DNA from: an uncultured Chthonomonas sp. | GTDB taxonomy: Bacteria > Armatimonadota > Fimbriimonadia > Fimbriimonadales > Fimbriimonadaceae | Direction of reading: 5' to 3' | Length of the DNA stretch: 64,000 bases | NCBI GenBank assembly: GCA_964496145.1 | Contig: CAZBXR010000002.1 | Span: forward strand, 3,146 to 67,145 | In this document: positions 18,268 through 28,087 of the stretch, piece by piece | Position numbering within the stretch: position 1 is the first letter of the stretch | Layout: the number at the start of each line of letters is the position of its first letter | Program-made: the position numbers and the translations under genes | Notes under the pieces: model-generated | Seen by the model: the letters and a program-made list of their open reading frames with translations, nothing else | Told to the model about the DNA's origin: nothing | Databases searched by the model: none

Positions 18268-19271
18268 ACAGGGACCTGCTTGGATTTCAGGAACGGCATC
18301 ATGCCGCGTAACTCCCGGCCAACGCCCTCGATCGGGTGTTTGCCCTCGTCCTCGCGGATGGAGGTCATTTCAGGGCGTCCTCTTTCCACCTCGCGAACCC
18401 AGCGCTCGGCGAAGGCCCCCGACTGAATATCTTTAAGAAGATCGCGCATGGCCTCTCGCGATTCGGCGTTGATCACGCGCTTCCCGGCCACGTAGTCGCC
18501 CCACTCGGCGGTATCGCTGATGCTGTATCGCATGTAGCTGAGGCCGCCTTCATATAATAGGTCTACGATGAGTTTCATCTCGTGGAGACATTCAAAATAG
18601 GCTGCCTCCGGTTGATACCCGGCCTCTGTGAGAGTCTCAAATCCAGCCTTGATCAGTTCCGTAAGGCCGCCGCAGAGAACAGCTTGCTCGCCGAACAAGT
18701 CGGTCTCGGTTTCCTCCTTGAACGTGGTCTCCAAGATTCCGGCTTGGGCGCAGCCGATGCCCCATCCATAGCTGAGAGCAATCTCTTTCGTGTCTCCGGT
18801 GGCGTCTTGGTGAACCGCGACCAGGGCAGGCATGCCATTGCCAGATTGATATTCAGCACGAAGCCGGTGCCCCGGCCCCTTGGGCGCAATCATCGCGACA
18901 TTCACGTTCGCCGGAGGCGAAATGCGATTGTAGTGAATGTTGAATCCATGGGCGAACAAGAGCGTCTGGCCATCGCGCAGATAGGGCGCGACCTCCGCCT
19001 CATAAATGTCCTTCATGGGGACATCGGGGACGCAGAACATGAGCACGTCTGCCCACTGTGTGGCCTCGGCGACACTGAGAACCTTCACGCCATGTGCCTG
19101 CGCTTTCATGCGCGAATTGGAGTTTTCGTGGAGCCCCACGGCGACGGTGCCGCCGCTCTCTTGTAGGTTCAGCGCGTGGGCATGCCCCTGACTGCCGAAT
19201 CCGAGAATCGCGACCTTTTTGCCTTTAATCAGGTCCGGCTGAGTTTGATTGGTGTAGTAAATCGTTGCCAT
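18264..19271 (-). CDS. ilvC: ketol-acid reductoisomerase
   Basis: It contains the [13 protein letters not shown] Rossmann motif, is 335 aa long, and has a 4-nt overlap with ilvD. Confidence 0.95.
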   Translation of the reverse strand: MATIYYTNQTQPDLIKGKKVAILGFGSQGHAHALNLQESGGTVAVGLHENSNSRMKAQAHGVKVLSVAEATQWADVLMFCVPDVPMKDIYEAEVAPYLRDGQTLLFAHGFNIHYNRISPPANVNVAMIAPKGPGHRLRAEYQSGNGMPALVAVHQDATGDTKEIALSYGWGIGCAQAGILETTFKEETETDLFGEQAVLCGGLTELIKAGFETLTEAGYQPEAAYFECLHEMKLIVDLLYEGGLSYMRYSISDTAEWGDYVAGKRVINAESREAMRDLLKDIQSGAFAERWVREVERGRPEMTSIREDEGKHPIEGVGRELRGMMPFLKSKQVPV

Positions 19272-19288
19272 GATGTTAAAAATCTCCG

Positions 19289-19771
19289 TTATTTCACTCG
19301 GATGGCAACGAGGCCACTCCGAACAAGTTGTCGAATCCCGTAGGGGGAAAGGAGGGAAGCGAGGTGGTCGATCTTGGTCGGTTCGTCGGCCACCTGAAGA
19401 GTCACCGCGTGGTGCTCGAGGTGAACGATGCTACAACCCAACGTTTGGGCGATATCGAGGACCGCGCGACGCGTGCCTTCTTCAATCGCGACCTCAAACA
19501 GCGCCAACTCGCGTTGCACGCTTTCTTGCTGTTGCAAGTCGTCGACCTCGACAACGTCGACCTGCTTTTCAAGTTGCCGAACGCATTGGCGAAGGACGAG
19601 GTCATCTCCCTCGACAAGCAACGTCACGCGAGAAAAACCTTCCTGTTCGCAATCGCCCGCGTTGATGCTCGCGATATTGAACATTCGGCGGCGGAAGAGG
19701 CTCGTCAGCCGGTTCATCGTGCCGGGCTCGTTGTGAACCACGGCGGTGATCGTGTGGAGCGTGGTGCTCAT
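19289..19771 (-). CDS. ilvN: acetolactate synthase small (regulatory) subunit
   Basis: This is a 160-aa ACT-domain protein whose start overlaps the stop of the large-subunit gene ilvB by 4 nt. Confidence 0.9.
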   Translation of the reverse strand: MSTTLHTITAVVHNEPGTMNRLTSLFRRRMFNIASINAGDCEQEGFSRVTLLVEGDDLVLRQCVRQLEKQVDVVEVDDLQQQESVQRELALFEVAIEEGTRRAVLDIAQTLGCSIVHLEHHAVTLQVADEPTKIDHLASLLSPYGIRQLVRSGLVAIRVK

Positions 19772-21486
19772 CGTGAAACCTCCTGAGTTTTCGGAGCCGC
19801 TGGGTCCAGCAGCACATTGTCGTTCGAGGCCCCCGCCGCGACCATCGGATACACGTTGTCTTCCATCAACACCTTGAATTCGCAGAGCACGACACCTTTC
19901 GTTTCGCGTGCTTTTTGCATCATCTCGGTGAGGTGGCTAGCATCGTCGCACGAGAAATACGCGACCTCGTAGGCTTCTGCCAGCTTCTCGTAGTTCGGAT
20001 TGCCCATCGCCACATGGCTGTGCCGATTTTCATAAAAGAGCTCTTGCCATTGCCGCACCATGCCCAAGAATCCGTTGTTGATCAAGCAGATTCTTACGTT
20101 GATGTTGTTTTCGACCGCTGTGATCAGCTCTTGCAGGGTCATTTGGAACCCGCCATCGCCCACCACGGCCCAGACCTCCTTCTCGGGGTGCGCGAATGCC
20201 GCTCCCATGGCTGAGGGGAAGCCAAAACCCATGGTGCCTAGCCCCCCGCTACTGACCCATTGGAAGGGTCGGCGGTACTTATACAGTTGGGCGGCCCACA
20301 TTTGGTGTTGCCCCACGTCGGTGCAGATAATCGCATCCGAATCTGTCTGTCGGTTCAATTCGGCGATGACCTGCCGGGCATACAGTTTTCCAGGTTCGGA
20401 GGGGGGCACAAAGATCGGATGTTGGGAGCGCCAGTTGTCCAAGATCTCCCACCACTCGGGATGCGTTGCCGGGGCGGCGGCTGAGACGAAAGCGGGAAGG
20501 CTCTCAGACAAGTCTCCGGGGAGAATGACTTCGGTTTCGACGACCTTTGAGAACTCGCTTCGGTCGATATCGAAGTGGATGATCTTGGCATGGGGGGCAA
20601 ACCCGTTCACCTTGCCTGTCAAACGATCATCCCAGCGCATGCCGATTCCGATGACGAGATCGGCGTGCTGGACCGCCATGGTGGAAGTGTATTCCCCGTG
20701 CATTCCCATCATGCCAAGCGATCGCTTGTCCATTCGGTCGAGGTTTCCGAGACCCAGCATGGTGCTGATCACGGGAAGATCGCACTTTTCGGCAAGCTCC
20801 GCGAGGGCCGCTGAGGTATCCGACCAGAGGACGCCCGCGCCCGCAATGACGACCGGTTTCCGTGATTCGGCGAGGAGTTTGACGGCTCTTTCGATTTGCG
20901 CATAGTTGACCGGCTCAGAGGGTCGATACCCGGCCCGCTCCACTTTCTCAGGGAAATCCCGGGTCGTGGCGGCGATAAACACATCTTTTGGGACATCGAC
21001 CAACACGGGCCCTTTACGCCCTGTGTTGGCGAGATAGAACGCCTCGGCCATGACGTGGGGCAGCTCATCGACATGCCGCACGAGATAATTGTGCTTCGTG
21101 ATGGGGATGGTGATTCCTTGGATGTCGGTCTCTTGAAAGGCATCGGTGCCGATGGCCCACGAGTTGACGTTGCCAGTGAGGACCACCATGGGGATGCTGT
21201 CCATCATGGCGGTGGCGATGCCCGTGACAAGGTTGGTCGCGCCGGGGCCGCTTGTGGCGAGACACACGCCAACTTCTCCGGTCGAGCGAGCATAGCCATC
21301 GGCCATGTGGGCCGCGCACTGCTCGTGGCGCACGAGGACGTGATGGACCTCGGGCCAGTTCAACATTTCGTCGTAAAGGGGGAGGACGACACCTCCCGGG
21401 TATCCGAAGATCGTTCGAATTCCATGATTGACCAGGGCCTGCATGATAATTTGGGCGCCGGTACGTTGCTTTGGTTCTTCACTCAT
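19768..21486 (-). CDS. ilvB: acetolactate synthase large subunit
   Basis: It is 572 aa long with the ThDP motif VVGDGGFQM...INNG. Confidence 0.95.
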   Translation of the reverse strand: MSEEPKQRTGAQIIMQALVNHGIRTIFGYPGGVVLPLYDEMLNWPEVHHVLVRHEQCAAHMADGYARSTGEVGVCLATSGPGATNLVTGIATAMMDSIPMVVLTGNVNSWAIGTDAFQETDIQGITIPITKHNYLVRHVDELPHVMAEAFYLANTGRKGPVLVDVPKDVFIAATTRDFPEKVERAGYRPSEPVNYAQIERAVKLLAESRKPVVIAGAGVLWSDTSAALAELAEKCDLPVISTMLGLGNLDRMDKRSLGMMGMHGEYTSTMAVQHADLVIGIGMRWDDRLTGKVNGFAPHAKIIHFDIDRSEFSKVVETEVILPGDLSESLPAFVSAAAPATHPEWWEILDNWRSQHPIFVPPSEPGKLYARQVIAELNRQTDSDAIICTDVGQHQMWAAQLYKYRRPFQWVSSGGLGTMGFGFPSAMGAAFAHPEKEVWAVVGDGGFQMTLQELITAVENNINVRICLINNGFLGMVRQWQELFYENRHSHVAMGNPNYEKLAEAYEVAYFSCDDASHLTEMMQKARETKGVVLCEFKVLMEDNVYPMVAAGASNDNVLLDPAAPKTQEVSR

Positions 21487-21530
21487 AGGTTTGGTTCCTG
21501 TTTGCTGCCCGTGGCGCCGTTGCCTCTGGC

Positions 21531-21564
21531 AAAAAAGAAACCCTTCCTGGCTTTCCAGGAAGGG
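21531..21564 (-). terminator. attenuator terminator in the ilvB leader
   Basis: The minus strand reads CCCTTCCTGG-AAAG-CCAGGAAGGG, a perfect 10-bp stem, followed by TTTCTTTTTT. It lies 44 nt upstream of the ilvB ATG. Confidence 0.8.
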
Positions 21565-21595
21565 CTCTCAAGTTTCTTTGTTGTGCGCTTCCTGG

Positions 21596-21706
21596 TTACG
21601 TTCTTGTAAGAATAAGGACGACGACGAGAAGGAGACCGACGACAACAAGACCAAGGCCCGGAAGGACTCGGCTGTTTTCGTTCAGTTCGTTCGTCAGAAA
21701 GCTCAC
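21596..21706 (-). CDS. candidate ilv leader peptide (36 codons, Leu/Val/Ile-rich)
   Basis: The ORF runs from GTG to TAA and encodes VSFLTNELNENSRVLPGLGLVVVGLLLVVVLILTRT. Its stop abuts a segment that can pair with the terminator 5' arm. No ATG or clear SD is present. Confidence 0.55.
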   Translation of the reverse strand: MSFLTNELNENSRVLPGLGLVVVGLLLVVVLILTRT

Positions 21707-21815
21707 GACGCTTTTATCTTACTACACTTTTCGCTAGGTCAGGAGGCGAGTCTTGGCCCAGTCTGTAAAAAAGTCGTCGTTTCAGGGGTGCGGGTGGTAA
21801 CATGGCGGCCAAGCC

Positions 21816-22217
21816 ATGAGAAAAGAGTCTTTGATCAATTTCGTGCTCCTAGGAGGGTTCCTCATGATGCTCCTTGAGATTCGAGTCATGCACCTCTACG
21901 AACTCAAAGACCATTGGCAGACATGGATTCCGCTCTTCTATTGCGTGCTCGCAATGGCGGCATGTTTCATGTCGGGATCGAAAAATGTGAAGTTGGCGCG
22001 CGCCGCCGTCTGGATATTTGCCCTCGGATTGTTGGTCGGTCCTCTGGGTCTCTATTTCCATCTCGACGGAAGCCTAAAACCGTTGCAACCGCTTTTTGGC
22101 ATGGGCGAACCCGATGGAGGCCCCCCGCCGTTGGCCCCTCTGGGGCTTGCTGGTCTCGCGGCAATCGGCCTCATCAACGGCTGGCCGAAGAAGGGTGAAG
22201 AGTTAGCTCGTGCTTAA
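21816..22217 (+). CDS. hypothetical membrane protein (4 hydrophobic segments)
   Basis: This 133-aa ORF overlaps the next gene by 8 nt. Confidence 0.55.
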   Translation: MRKESLINFVLLGGFLMMLLEIRVMHLYELKDHWQTWIPLFYCVLAMAACFMSGSKNVKLARAAVWIFALGLLVGPLGLYFHLDGSLKPLQPLFGMGEPDGGPPPLAPLGLAGLAAIGLINGWPKKGEELARA

Positions 22218-22740
22218 GTATCAATTCATCCGGAAAGCCCACCGATGGGTGGGGCTGTTGTCGAGCCTTTTCCTCATTGTCATTTCCGCCACGGGATTCT
22301 TGCTCGCGATCAAGGGAAACGTCGCTTGGATGCGACCCCCCGTCGTGGAGACCTTCCCGACCGAGAGCTTTTTGCAGGTAGTCGGGCCAGGGGTGGCCAT
22401 GGATGCGGCTTTTGCGAAGAACCTCCCCGAACTGCAGACCCCTTCGGATGTCGATCGAGTGGACTATCGCCCCAAGGACAACGTGTTCAAGGTGCTGAGC
22501 AAAAAGGGGTACTGGGAGGTGCAGGTGGACGGGACCTCAGGCCGCGTGCTCCAAGTGGCAAAGCGAAATGATCAGCTCACCGAGGACATCCACGACATGT
22601 CGTTCTTTGCGGAGTTCACGCACAAATGGGTCTTGCCGGTCGTGGCCGCCTCGCTCTTTCTCCTCGGCGTGAGCGGAATCGTGATCTTCCTCAATCCTGT
22701 TTTCCGGCGGCGCGCCCACCGGAAAAACTCAGGGAATTGA
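22210..22740 (+). CDS. PepSY-associated transmembrane-helix / PepSY-like protein
   Basis: The N-terminus IRKAHRWVGLLSSLFLIVISATGFLLAI is typical of PepSY_TM. There is also a C-terminal transmembrane segment. Confidence 0.65.
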   Translation: MLKYQFIRKAHRWVGLLSSLFLIVISATGFLLAIKGNVAWMRPPVVETFPTESFLQVVGPGVAMDAAFAKNLPELQTPSDVDRVDYRPKDNVFKVLSKKGYWEVQVDGTSGRVLQVAKRNDQLTEDIHDMSFFAEFTHKWVLPVVAASLFLLGVSGIVIFLNPVFRRRAHRKNSGN

Positions 22741-22870
22741 TTCGCTTTCGCGCCTTGCCTCCGCCCCCCGAACGACTCGCCCTTCGGGCGAGACTCCCTT
22801 ACTTCCCCCCGCCCGAGTCCGCCGTTGGCGGCCTTTTCCCGGGCGAGAGGCGGCGGCGCGAGCCGAGAGG

Positions 22871-23839
22871 TTACCGACGTCGCTTGCGAAGGAACAATCC
22901 AAGGCCGCTGGCCAAGGCGAGCATAGTTCCTGGCTCGGGGGCCACTACAATGTCGAAGTCCAGTGCCGTGGCTGTGGGAGAATTCCCAAGGCTTACGGAA
23001 GGATAGAACGAACGGCTCGCCTCATCCCAAAAGATGAGGTCGTGGTTCGCAGAGGCGCTGGTGTCCCACAAATTCATGTATCCCGTGTGGGTCCATGCGC
23101 CCCCAATGGTGCCGCTCGTAGAGAAGGGGAAAGTCCACGGGGCCGATATCGAAGTTGACCCGACACCCCCTGCGGTGTAGACCCTGCTTGGTCTGCTGAA
23201 CTCATCCTGAGCGATCATCTTGTTCCCGAGGAGATCAAGATTGAAGAATGGAGACCCGGAGGCCGTTGTAAGGGTATCTACCAGCACAGGTGACAACCCC
23301 GAAGAATTCCAGCGATAGAGTCGATTGCCAAGACTGGTGGTGGTGTTTTGAACCAGACCGTAGAAATCGCCATTGGGCGCCTGGACACCGTCGTAAAACG
23401 TCTGGAGTGTTCCGCTTGGAGCGGCGAATGCCCCTATGAACGCCCCGTTCGACGTCCATCGGCCAATCTCGTTTGAACCACCGAACGAGCCGGAAAGGAT
23501 GTAGTTTCCGCTGTTATCGAACGAGATGTTCGTATAATTTGAGGGCGCGGCAAAGTTCACGGAGCGAAGTAGCGAGCCTGTATTGTAATTGAATACCGAA
23601 ATGCGACTTCCTGACGTGGAACTGTAACTCAGTACGTGCGCGGTGCCGTCACTTTGATTGATGGCAAGCTTTCTGGCACCGGTGATTCTTCCCGTTCCAA
23701 ACTTTCCAAGATACGCTGCTGTCTCAACGCCGTATCGGTAGACCTCGGTCGCGGTCAAAACCAGACCCAACTCAAAACTTGCAAAAGATGCTGATGGAAG
23801 CGCCAGCGCAGCCAGCAACACAAGATGTCCTCTTCTCAT
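22871..23839 (-). CDS. PEP-CTERM sorting-domain secreted protein
   Basis: The start was chosen at MRRGHLVLLAALALPSASFA. The C-terminus reads VAPEPGTMLALASGLGLFLRKRRR. Confidence 0.8.
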   Translation of the reverse strand: MRRGHLVLLAALALPSASFASFELGLVLTATEVYRYGVETAAYLGKFGTGRITGARKLAINQSDGTAHVLSYSSTSGSRISVFNYNTGSLLRSVNFAAPSNYTNISFDNSGNYILSGSFGGSNEIGRWTSNGAFIGAFAAPSGTLQTFYDGVQAPNGDFYGLVQNTTTSLGNRLYRWNSSGLSPVLVDTLTTASGSPFFNLDLLGNKMIAQDEFSRPSRVYTAGGVGSTSISAPWTFPFSTSGTIGGAWTHTGYMNLWDTSASANHDLIFWDEASRSFYPSVSLGNSPTATALDFDIVVAPEPGTMLALASGLGLFLRKRRR

Positions 23840-23871
23840 GGCTGTATGATACAGCAACATCCCCGAATTTC

Positions 23872-25059
23872 CTAGTCTTTCGCACCCCGAAAGAATGACG
23901 GTTCTGGCTTTTCTTCTTCGACTTGCTCATCCGTGTCCGCCTGGAGCCCCAAAATCATATGGCCGATCCACGGGGCTGCGCACAGGAAAATGAGAATCGT
24001 CGCCGGTACGAACATTGCGGCGCCAGCGCTGACCAATATCCCAATCAGGTTCACGGCTCCGTGTCGCCGGAGGGTTCGTCGAACTGACTCGGTACATTCG
24101 ATTTCTGGCGAAGTCAGGTAGATCCTGCGGACGCATTCCAACGCAACAAGATTCCCCAGAATGAGCAGCAGCGCATATTCTCCGGGGAAAATCGAGCCCG
24201 GATCGAGCAAGATAGCCTTCTTCACGCCCATCGCCAGAGTCACGATCCCGACCGTGAGCGGAAAGTGCAGGTAGAGCCATGCCCGGAAGCGTCTCACCCC
24301 GTCGGAGTCGACTACAGGACGCCCCTCTGCGCCTCGAACCCCCATGAAGTAGGCCCACCAAATGCCAAAGGCAACGGTAAAGCCCCCCAGCGCCGTGGCG
24401 AGAGTCACCCAGTGGAACGGGGTGCCTTGGAGCCCCACCACGATTCCGGCCACGCTTTCGCCCAAAACAATGATCGTGAACAATCCGAGTCGCTCCGGGA
24501 CGTGATGAAAGTGGGGAGGAATAAGAATATTGTATTGGCCTGCGGTCAGAGGAGTCGCAAAATCGATCGCGATAGCAAGCAGCCAAAGAGTCCAGCGATA
24601 CGGCTCCGGCAACAGCAAACTAAATCCCCAAATAGAAGCTGCAATCCCAAATCCCAGGGCGTAACGGGTGGTAAGAGGTCGGGCACGAGGAATGTGCAGG
24701 CCAGCCCGCAGATACTCCCAAACCAAGAGCGTTCGGATCCCTATGTACGCGAGGACAAAGTAGCCTGAGTTCCCGGCGATGGCGCTCGGAATGGCGACGG
24801 CCATGCAGGCCACCAGAAACATCTGCGCCGCCGTCACGATCTGGTGAACGAGGTCGTTCGTATCAAAACGAGTGAGATAAAAGGTGTGGCCCACCCACGC
24901 CCACCAGACCGGAAGGAGCAAGAGTAGTGTCGCCATCCAACCCTTCATGGAATAGTGCTCGGCAAGCTGAGTCGCAGATTGGTTGATGGCCACCACGAAG
25001 ATTAGATCAAAAAAGAGTTCCAGCCAGGTCGCCTTGCGGTCGCTGTGTACATCCGTCAT
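23872..25059 (-). CDS. low-temperature-requirement A (LtrA) family membrane protein
   Basis: It contains KATWLELFFDLIFVVAINQ and is a polytopic membrane protein. The start was chosen at MTDVHSD. Confidence 0.75.
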   Translation of the reverse strand: MTDVHSDRKATWLELFFDLIFVVAINQSATQLAEHYSMKGWMATLLLLLPVWWAWVGHTFYLTRFDTNDLVHQIVTAAQMFLVACMAVAIPSAIAGNSGYFVLAYIGIRTLLVWEYLRAGLHIPRARPLTTRYALGFGIAASIWGFSLLLPEPYRWTLWLLAIAIDFATPLTAGQYNILIPPHFHHVPERLGLFTIIVLGESVAGIVVGLQGTPFHWVTLATALGGFTVAFGIWWAYFMGVRGAEGRPVVDSDGVRRFRAWLYLHFPLTVGIVTLAMGVKKAILLDPGSIFPGEYALLLILGNLVALECVRRIYLTSPEIECTESVRRTLRRHGAVNLIGILVSAGAAMFVPATILIFLCAAPWIGHMILGLQADTDEQVEEEKPEPSFFRGAKD

Positions 25060-25165
25060 TCGTGGCGGAATGAGTGTATTGGCTCGGAGGGTGTATCGGC
25101 GAAGACGGCGCACGGCGCAAGTCTACTTCCCCAAACTTTGTGATGGGGCGTGTAAGCTCTCAAAC

Positions 25166-25843
25166 ATGGTGTGGTCCATTCAGATCGTTACACTCTTGGT
25201 CGCTGCGAATGTTGCAGCCCCGAGAGACGTGTATCTCGCGCATCTTATCACTCACCCCCGGGCGGCGGAGAGCCAGCGCGGATTTACACAAGCCCAAATG
25301 GCTGAAATGCAGGCAGACCACGTGCGCAACTTGGGGGCATTGGCGAAGGCCAATAAGAACATTTTTGCTGGACCTTTGGGCGAAAACATCGCGCTCCGCG
25401 GGATCGTGGTGATGCCGGTGAAGTCTGCGTTCGAGGCCCACCAGTGCTTTGCGTCCGATCCTTTCATCAAGAACGATATTCTAATGGTGAAGACCATGCG
25501 TTGGACCATGAGAGAGTCGGGTCTTGTCGATGGATCGAACCTCCCCTTCGTTATCGGGCAGTACGGCCTTGGGTATGCCATCCGAAAGAACGCTTTTGCC
25601 CCCGAGCCTTCGGCGGACGAGAAGAAAGCCCATGAAGAGGTACTGGCTGCTGCCGATCGGGACGGAGTGTTAGGGATGTATGGCCCCGTGCAAGATGCCC
25701 ACTACGCAGAGGCCTATGTTTTTAAGATCTCGGATGCTCCTCGCGTGAAGGCGATTTTTGAGGCGAGCCCCCTGTTCAAGTCTGGCCGGTATGCGTTTGA
25801 ATATCACTCCCAGTATGCGGTGAAAGGCATGTTTGGGAACTAG
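25166..25843 (+). CDS. secreted protein with two YciI-like domains
   Basis: The internal ATG at 25166 gives a signal-like N-terminus. There are two YciI-like halves, containing FAGPL...DPF and YGPV...ASPLF respectively. Confidence 0.6.
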   Translation: MVWSIQIVTLLVAANVAAPRDVYLAHLITHPRAAESQRGFTQAQMAEMQADHVRNLGALAKANKNIFAGPLGENIALRGIVVMPVKSAFEAHQCFASDPFIKNDILMVKTMRWTMRESGLVDGSNLPFVIGQYGLGYAIRKNAFAPEPSADEKKAHEEVLAAADRDGVLGMYGPVQDAHYAEAYVFKISDAPRVKAIFEASPLFKSGRYAFEYHSQYAVKGMFGN

Positions 25844-25870
25844 AATTGGCACTGTGCCATATATACTTGC

Positions 25871-26968
25871 ATGCTCGCTTCTGTCTTGCCCCTCTTGGTT
25901 TCTGGCATCGTCGCTTGGAAACAACCTTACAAGCCTGTATCGAATCCGGAAGACGTTCGGGCGGCGATGGTCCAGCACCAAAAAACTGGGGACGAAGTTT
26001 TCCTTCGCGGGACGGTCCTCACCATTGTCACAAACTCCACTGCGCCAAAAGTTCAGTTTTCCTCCCCCATCCAGGCGAAGTTATCGAAGGTTGAAGGGAC
26101 CGACTATTGGGCAGCTCAGCTCGAGGGGAAGAACTGGAACCAGGCTTTCTTTTCGTATTCGATCCAGGATGGATCGGACCGAAGCAAGATCAAGACAAAG
26201 AACTGGTTCGGACCCCTAGCGCCTCGATTTCCTCGTCAGGTCTCTTCTGTAAAAGGCACCCTCGAAACCTTCGAGCTAGATATGGGCAATTCAGGAATGA
26301 AGCGTAAGGTGCTCGTCTATCTGCCCCCGAACGCCCCTAAAGGCATTCCCGTGGTGTATCTCACCGACGGAGAAAGCGCTCGCTCGTACGCCCCAGCGGT
26401 GGAGGCGGCGATTCAAGACGGCCAGATTCGACCGATCGCGATGGTCGGGGTGTACTCAGGGCCATACCAAGGGAAAATTGAGGAAGGATACAATGTGGAG
26501 CTTGACTTGAGGGCAACGGAATACCTCCATGTTTTAGGCAAGCCAGATTTCGAACGTCACCTCAAATTCTTTTCTGGGCAAGTCCCGGCTTGGGCCGAAC
26601 AGAAGTTTGGCGTCTCGAACAAGAGGGAAGATCGAGTCTTACACGGATTTTCGAATGGAGGCGCGTTTGCCGTGGTGGCCTCGATCCTCGCGCTCGAGGT
26701 CTTTGGTTATGTTTTGCCCTACTCGGTAGCGGCCACCGAGAGTCCGCGCAACCTGCAAAAGCTCTTTGGCGCGCAACGGCTCTCTGACTACTATTTCGCC
26801 TCGGGAACGCTAGAGCCTTTCATCGAGAACTCATACCGGATGGCGAAGCTCTTCCAAGACAACCGTGCCAAGGTTGTCCAACGAAACTACTTTGAAGCGG
26901 GCCATGACTTCCTCATGTGGAATCTTGCGTTTGTCAATCACCTAAAACAGATATTCCCAAAAGAGTGA
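25871..26968 (+). CDS. esterase family protein (enterochelin-esterase-like, alpha/beta hydrolase)
   Basis: It has the GFSNGG nucleophile elbow and an N-terminal beta-sandwich-like region. It is 365 aa long. Confidence 0.7.
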   Translation: MLASVLPLLVSGIVAWKQPYKPVSNPEDVRAAMVQHQKTGDEVFLRGTVLTIVTNSTAPKVQFSSPIQAKLSKVEGTDYWAAQLEGKNWNQAFFSYSIQDGSDRSKIKTKNWFGPLAPRFPRQVSSVKGTLETFELDMGNSGMKRKVLVYLPPNAPKGIPVVYLTDGESARSYAPAVEAAIQDGQIRPIAMVGVYSGPYQGKIEEGYNVELDLRATEYLHVLGKPDFERHLKFFSGQVPAWAEQKFGVSNKREDRVLHGFSNGGAFAVVASILALEVFGYVLPYSVAATESPRNLQKLFGAQRLSDYYFASGTLEPFIENSYRMAKLFQDNRAKVVQRNYFEAGHDFLMWNLAFVNHLKQIFPKE

Positions 26969-26990
26969 GGATTCGGTATAGACTACCGGT

Positions 26991-27659
26991 GTGCGAAAAG
27001 ATAAGGATCTTGTGGAAGCTCTGGCAATGCTGAAGGAAACGCCCCCCGATATCGTGGGGCAACGCCTCCGCAGAGCAAGGGTGAAACAGGGTCTCTCCAT
27101 CCGCGATTTAGCCGCTCGTGCGGAGATAAGCAAGTCCTCCGTGGTTCGGGTCGAATCTGGCGAACCCTCGCACGGACGGACGATTGTCAAACTTTGCCGT
27201 GCACTAGGTTTGCACCTCGCGGGGCTCCTCACGCCTCCTCCCAATGATGTTCCTTTCGTTCTTCACACTCGCGCCGATGACAAGTGGTTTGACATGCACA
27301 ACTACGGCGACGGGCCCTTCCCCGATAACTCGGTGGAATACCGACAGAAGTTAGCCTCGGAAGGGAAGCTTGATGTCGGAATCCTCCTTTTGACCAATCG
27401 CCTTGGCGGCGGCATGATGTTGCCCGTTCTGGGCGAACTTTACGGCCCCAGCGAACCTCGCCGGCACACGGGAGAAGAGATGGTTTACGTCTTGGAAAAC
27501 GATTTGCTCATTCGCATTGGCGATAAAGAGATCACAGTTCGACCCGGCGAGGCGATCACGTTTTGGAGCGCAGAGGAACACGTGTACAGTCCTGCTGAGC
27601 CGGGCAAAGTCACGCGATTCCTTTCTATTCGCATCGACTATGTCCGTTCTTTGCAATAA
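26991..27659 (+). CDS. XRE-family HTH regulator with a C-terminal cupin domain
   Basis: The HTH region reads LRRARVKQGLSIRDLAARAEISKSSVVRVESGE, and the C-terminus is cupin-like. Confidence 0.8.
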   Translation: MRKDKDLVEALAMLKETPPDIVGQRLRRARVKQGLSIRDLAARAEISKSSVVRVESGEPSHGRTIVKLCRALGLHLAGLLTPPPNDVPFVLHTRADDKWFDMHNYGDGPFPDNSVEYRQKLASEGKLDVGILLLTNRLGGGMMLPVLGELYGPSEPRRHTGEEMVYVLENDLLIRIGDKEITVRPGEAITFWSAEEHVYSPAEPGKVTRFLSIRIDYVRSLQ

Positions 27660-27718
27660 ATAATCTTCAAAAGCGCAACTTATTCGCGGCCCTTCGGGTT
27701 AAGATAGGGATTCATATC

Positions 27719-28087
27719 ATGAAACCCATCGTCATTCTCGCAGCGCTGTGCTTCACCGGCGCGACTCTCTCTACGGCTCAGCAGGCTCCGGTCGCAAAAC
27801 AAGACCAGACTTCCTACGAATCGGTTCAACGAATTCTTGACACCTATTGTGTCGGTTGCCACAGCGGGGACCGCGCAAAGGGCGGAATTCGCTTGACGAG
27901 TTACGACGAAGTCATGGATAGTAACGTGATCGTTGAAAAGAACCCAGGAAAGAGCCGTCTCTACAAGGCGGTTACCGGAGCCAAAGGGGTTCGAAAGATG
28001 CCTCCTGGACGGGGACCCTCGCTCAACAAATCACAGCTAAACAAAATCGAAACTTGGATCGCGCAAGGCGCGAAAAACGACGAATGA
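27719..28087 (+). CDS. secreted mono-haem c-type cytochrome domain protein (PSCyt1-like)
   Basis: It has a signal peptide, CVGCHSGDRAKGGIRLTSY and KMPP. Confidence 0.75.
   Translation: MKPIVILAALCFTGATLSTAQQAPVAKQDQTSYESVQRILDTYCVGCHSGDRAKGGIRLTSYDEVMDSNVIVEKNPGKSRLYKAVTGAKGVRKMPPGRGPSLNKSQLNKIETWIAQGAKNDE

Noticed and set aside
20060-20905. A 281-aa plus-strand ORF lies opposite ilvB. Similar antisense ORFs lie opposite ilvD and ilvC.
   Set aside because: They sit entirely within strongly recognisable ilv genes. In GC-rich DNA the antisense frame often stays open, and no motif was found.
24983-25165. The YciI-like ORF has a long N-terminal extension, and the ltrA ORF has a similar one (25060-25113).
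   Set aside because: The extensions overlap each other on opposite strands and are Arg-rich. The internal ATGs give sensible N-termini: a signal-like start for the YciI-like protein and MTDVHSDRKATW for LtrA.
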